Assembly: GCA_000934665.2 (NCBI GenBank)
Contig: JYFJ02004350.1
Span: 1 to 32,756 of the forward strand
Reading direction: 5' to 3'
DNA: 32,756 nt
Source: Catajapyx aquilonaris
Taxonomy: Eukaryota
Of the stretch, positions 30,698 through 32,756 are shown piece by piece (the stretch's first letter is position 1; each line of letters opens with the position of its first letter). The notes under the pieces are model-generated. The model saw only the letters and a program-made list of their open reading frames with translations, was not told where the DNA came from and did not search any database. The position numbers and the translations under genes are program-made.

Positions 30698-32255
30698 GGG
30701 TATGGAAATGACATTTGGTCGGTTTTTTTCCGGCCTGTGGCCCTTTTCGGGGTTTGAGCCTAACACATGCATTAATGAAACTATCCACAAAAAAAAAATG
30801 CATAATTAGCTGATCTGTAAATTATGCAGGACCAAAATATCGGTAATTTTCTTTTGTCGTGTCCCTATTGCCAAGTACACCAGAAAAAGCATTATTTTGA
30901 GTAGCTTTGATCAGTGACAGATGATAAGATCACCCCCCTCCAGTATTCTCTGCCTTCCTGAGCATGAGAGAGGAATTTGAATAACCAAACACAGCATATT
31001 TTCCAGCCGAGGAGCCAAAAAACTGTCGGTTATTGCTGAGGTGGAATGAAAATGAGTGTTATATCAGGAGTAAAAATACAGAGTCTTACGACTAGATGAC
31101 TAGAGCAGCAGCTATTGATGCTTTTTGTGCTACAGGCATGCCTCACTTTAGGTGCTTCTCAATTATATAAATTTTAATTTTTATTTTTTTGTTTGTTTTT
31201 TTTTGCCCCGTTGAGAGATCATCGCTCTAATAGGGGAGAAGAACCCCACCATATTTTCTGTTTTCTTGATTTTTCTTCAGTTCTGTGTTTGAAGTGCAAG
31301 GTTCCACTGTATTTTAATTATTAATTTCCTGTTACGGCGTTACTAAATGCAGTTTGAGCCAAGCCTGCACAACATTTGTTGAAATACACAAAATTTTAGG
31401 TGAAGAGGATGATTGATATGCAACTTATTTTCAGTTTGTCTGTTAGTTGTAATCATGAATTATCTAATAGCAATTTTTGTCTGTTTGAGTGATGCAGACC
31501 AGATTGTCAAATGTCAAATGGCATCCTCATTATACAGCATAATTTATGTTGTCTCTCCATTTGTTAGTTGGTGGTGGGTTCTCACTATTTTTGCCAAGTT
31601 TTGTGCAGGGGTTCACTCTTTGGATATACAGGGTGTTGTCCGTAATTCGGGACAGACTTCTAGGGTATGTAGGGGATGCCTAGAGAAGCAATTTGGGATA
31701 GGACACCCATGGTCAGCAACCCATCCCAACGAAGCTCCAAGGCCCATTGCCATCCTATTTTTGACAATCCATTATATTGTTGCGTTTTCCATTGTGCATA
31801 TTGTTTAGTTGTTATAAACTATTTCATTAAACGTATACGGAACATGGAATGGTAGGCTGTTATTTTGGCCGTCATAGTATTATCTGAGGCAATCACACTA
31901 TGTGAGTTCATTGCCCTACACCTTGTAATTCCAAATGGCCAAGAGACATGTGTAAGGTGACTAGATAGAAAAGGTGGCGTCAACCTTTGAAGTGAGCTGT
32001 GCCGCCAACGGGGCTCTCTGATTGGTCCAGCCCGTTTCCTTTCCCGCCACCGGCCATTTTGGGTCGAAACTCCTTCGCCCTCTTCGCGGGAAAGCATGTC
32101 GGAAGCAGTGCGCTGGTGTGGTCAGTGAGCTCCCAGGCAAGAATAATAATTCATTATGCTCGGGTGTTGCGCGGTGGGCTGCACTAACAGTACCGAAAAG
32201 GGCTTCAGACTGTTCCGGTTCACAAAGGAGCCGGGAAGTGGGGAAGACGAGTATC

Positions 32256-32403
32256 CAAGGGGGTAATCACTTCGGTACTCCTGTGTACACCTGCGAGTGG
32301 TACTCCCTGGTACTCCTCAGGTACCTCACTCTTTATTACCCCTAGGTACTCCTTGAAATTGGTACTCCAGTGTACACTTTTCAGTCCAGTGATTACCCCC
32401 TTG
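32256..32403. mobile_element. hAT- or P-type MITE (148 bp)
   Basis: Perfect 16-bp TIR CAAGGGGGTAATCACT; perfect 8-bp TSD CGAGTATC (32248-32255, 32404-32411); internal GGTACTCC repeats. Confidence 0.9.
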
Positions 32404-32756
32404 CGAGTATCATTACCTGTTGACATCCAGGTTCAGCCAAGATGCTTTAGAAAATCTATTTTCTTGCACCAGAAAGACACAACCAGTTCCTTCACCTGTG
32501 CAATTCATACACGCATTGAAAATAATTGTTACCATCTGTCAGCGATGATACTTCCACATCCCAAAGCATTAGCAGTTATAATATCAGTGAAGATCAATTT
32601 TTGTGTGACTTTGTGGAAATTTGCAAAGATTCTGTACTTCCTGTAGCTGAACCAGAAGCTCACTGTGAAAGTTCTGATATTAATGCAGATGACTTTGACA
32701 TAAGTGACACAATTGACAATGTAGCAGATGCAAACATATTGTACTATCTTGGCGGA

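Noticed and set aside
31627..31720. Possible Tc1/mariner left end (TA-CAGGGTG...)
   Set aside because: No matching right TIR seen in the window; too little evidence to call.

Overview
Eukaryotic (metazoan, probably arthropod-like) genomic DNA, not prokaryotic. The window is a head-to-tail tandem cluster of lineage-specific C2H2 zinc-finger genes on the + strand: a 3' remnant (unit 0), eight complete genes (units 1-8, with 11, 8, 9, 6, 4, 4, 4 and 5 fingers) and a ninth whose finger exon is not in the window. Each unit is built the same way: a conserved ~120-250 bp promoter cassette, usually a short non-coding exon, one exon for an ~80-130 aa acidic domain rich in psi-K-x-E motifs and ending in DDPL, a phase-0 intron, then one exon with the finger array; most units end in a shared 3'UTR block. 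This layout resembles KRAB-ZNF clusters, but I see no KRAB, ZAD, SCAN or BTB domain. Between units 7 and 8 lies an intact six-exon PIF/Harbinger-transposase-derived gene (HARBI1-like, 477 aa). Its first catalytic Asp appears changed to Glu, it has a Gln/Ala-repeat insertion, I found no TIRs or Myb/MADF partner, and its upstream region carries the same motifs as the zinc-finger promoters. Introns and spacers hold tRNA-derived SINEs, a non-autonomous Helitron and several MITE/foldback elements. Exon boundaries were checked by hand for GT-AG and reading frame; all functional statements are inference.
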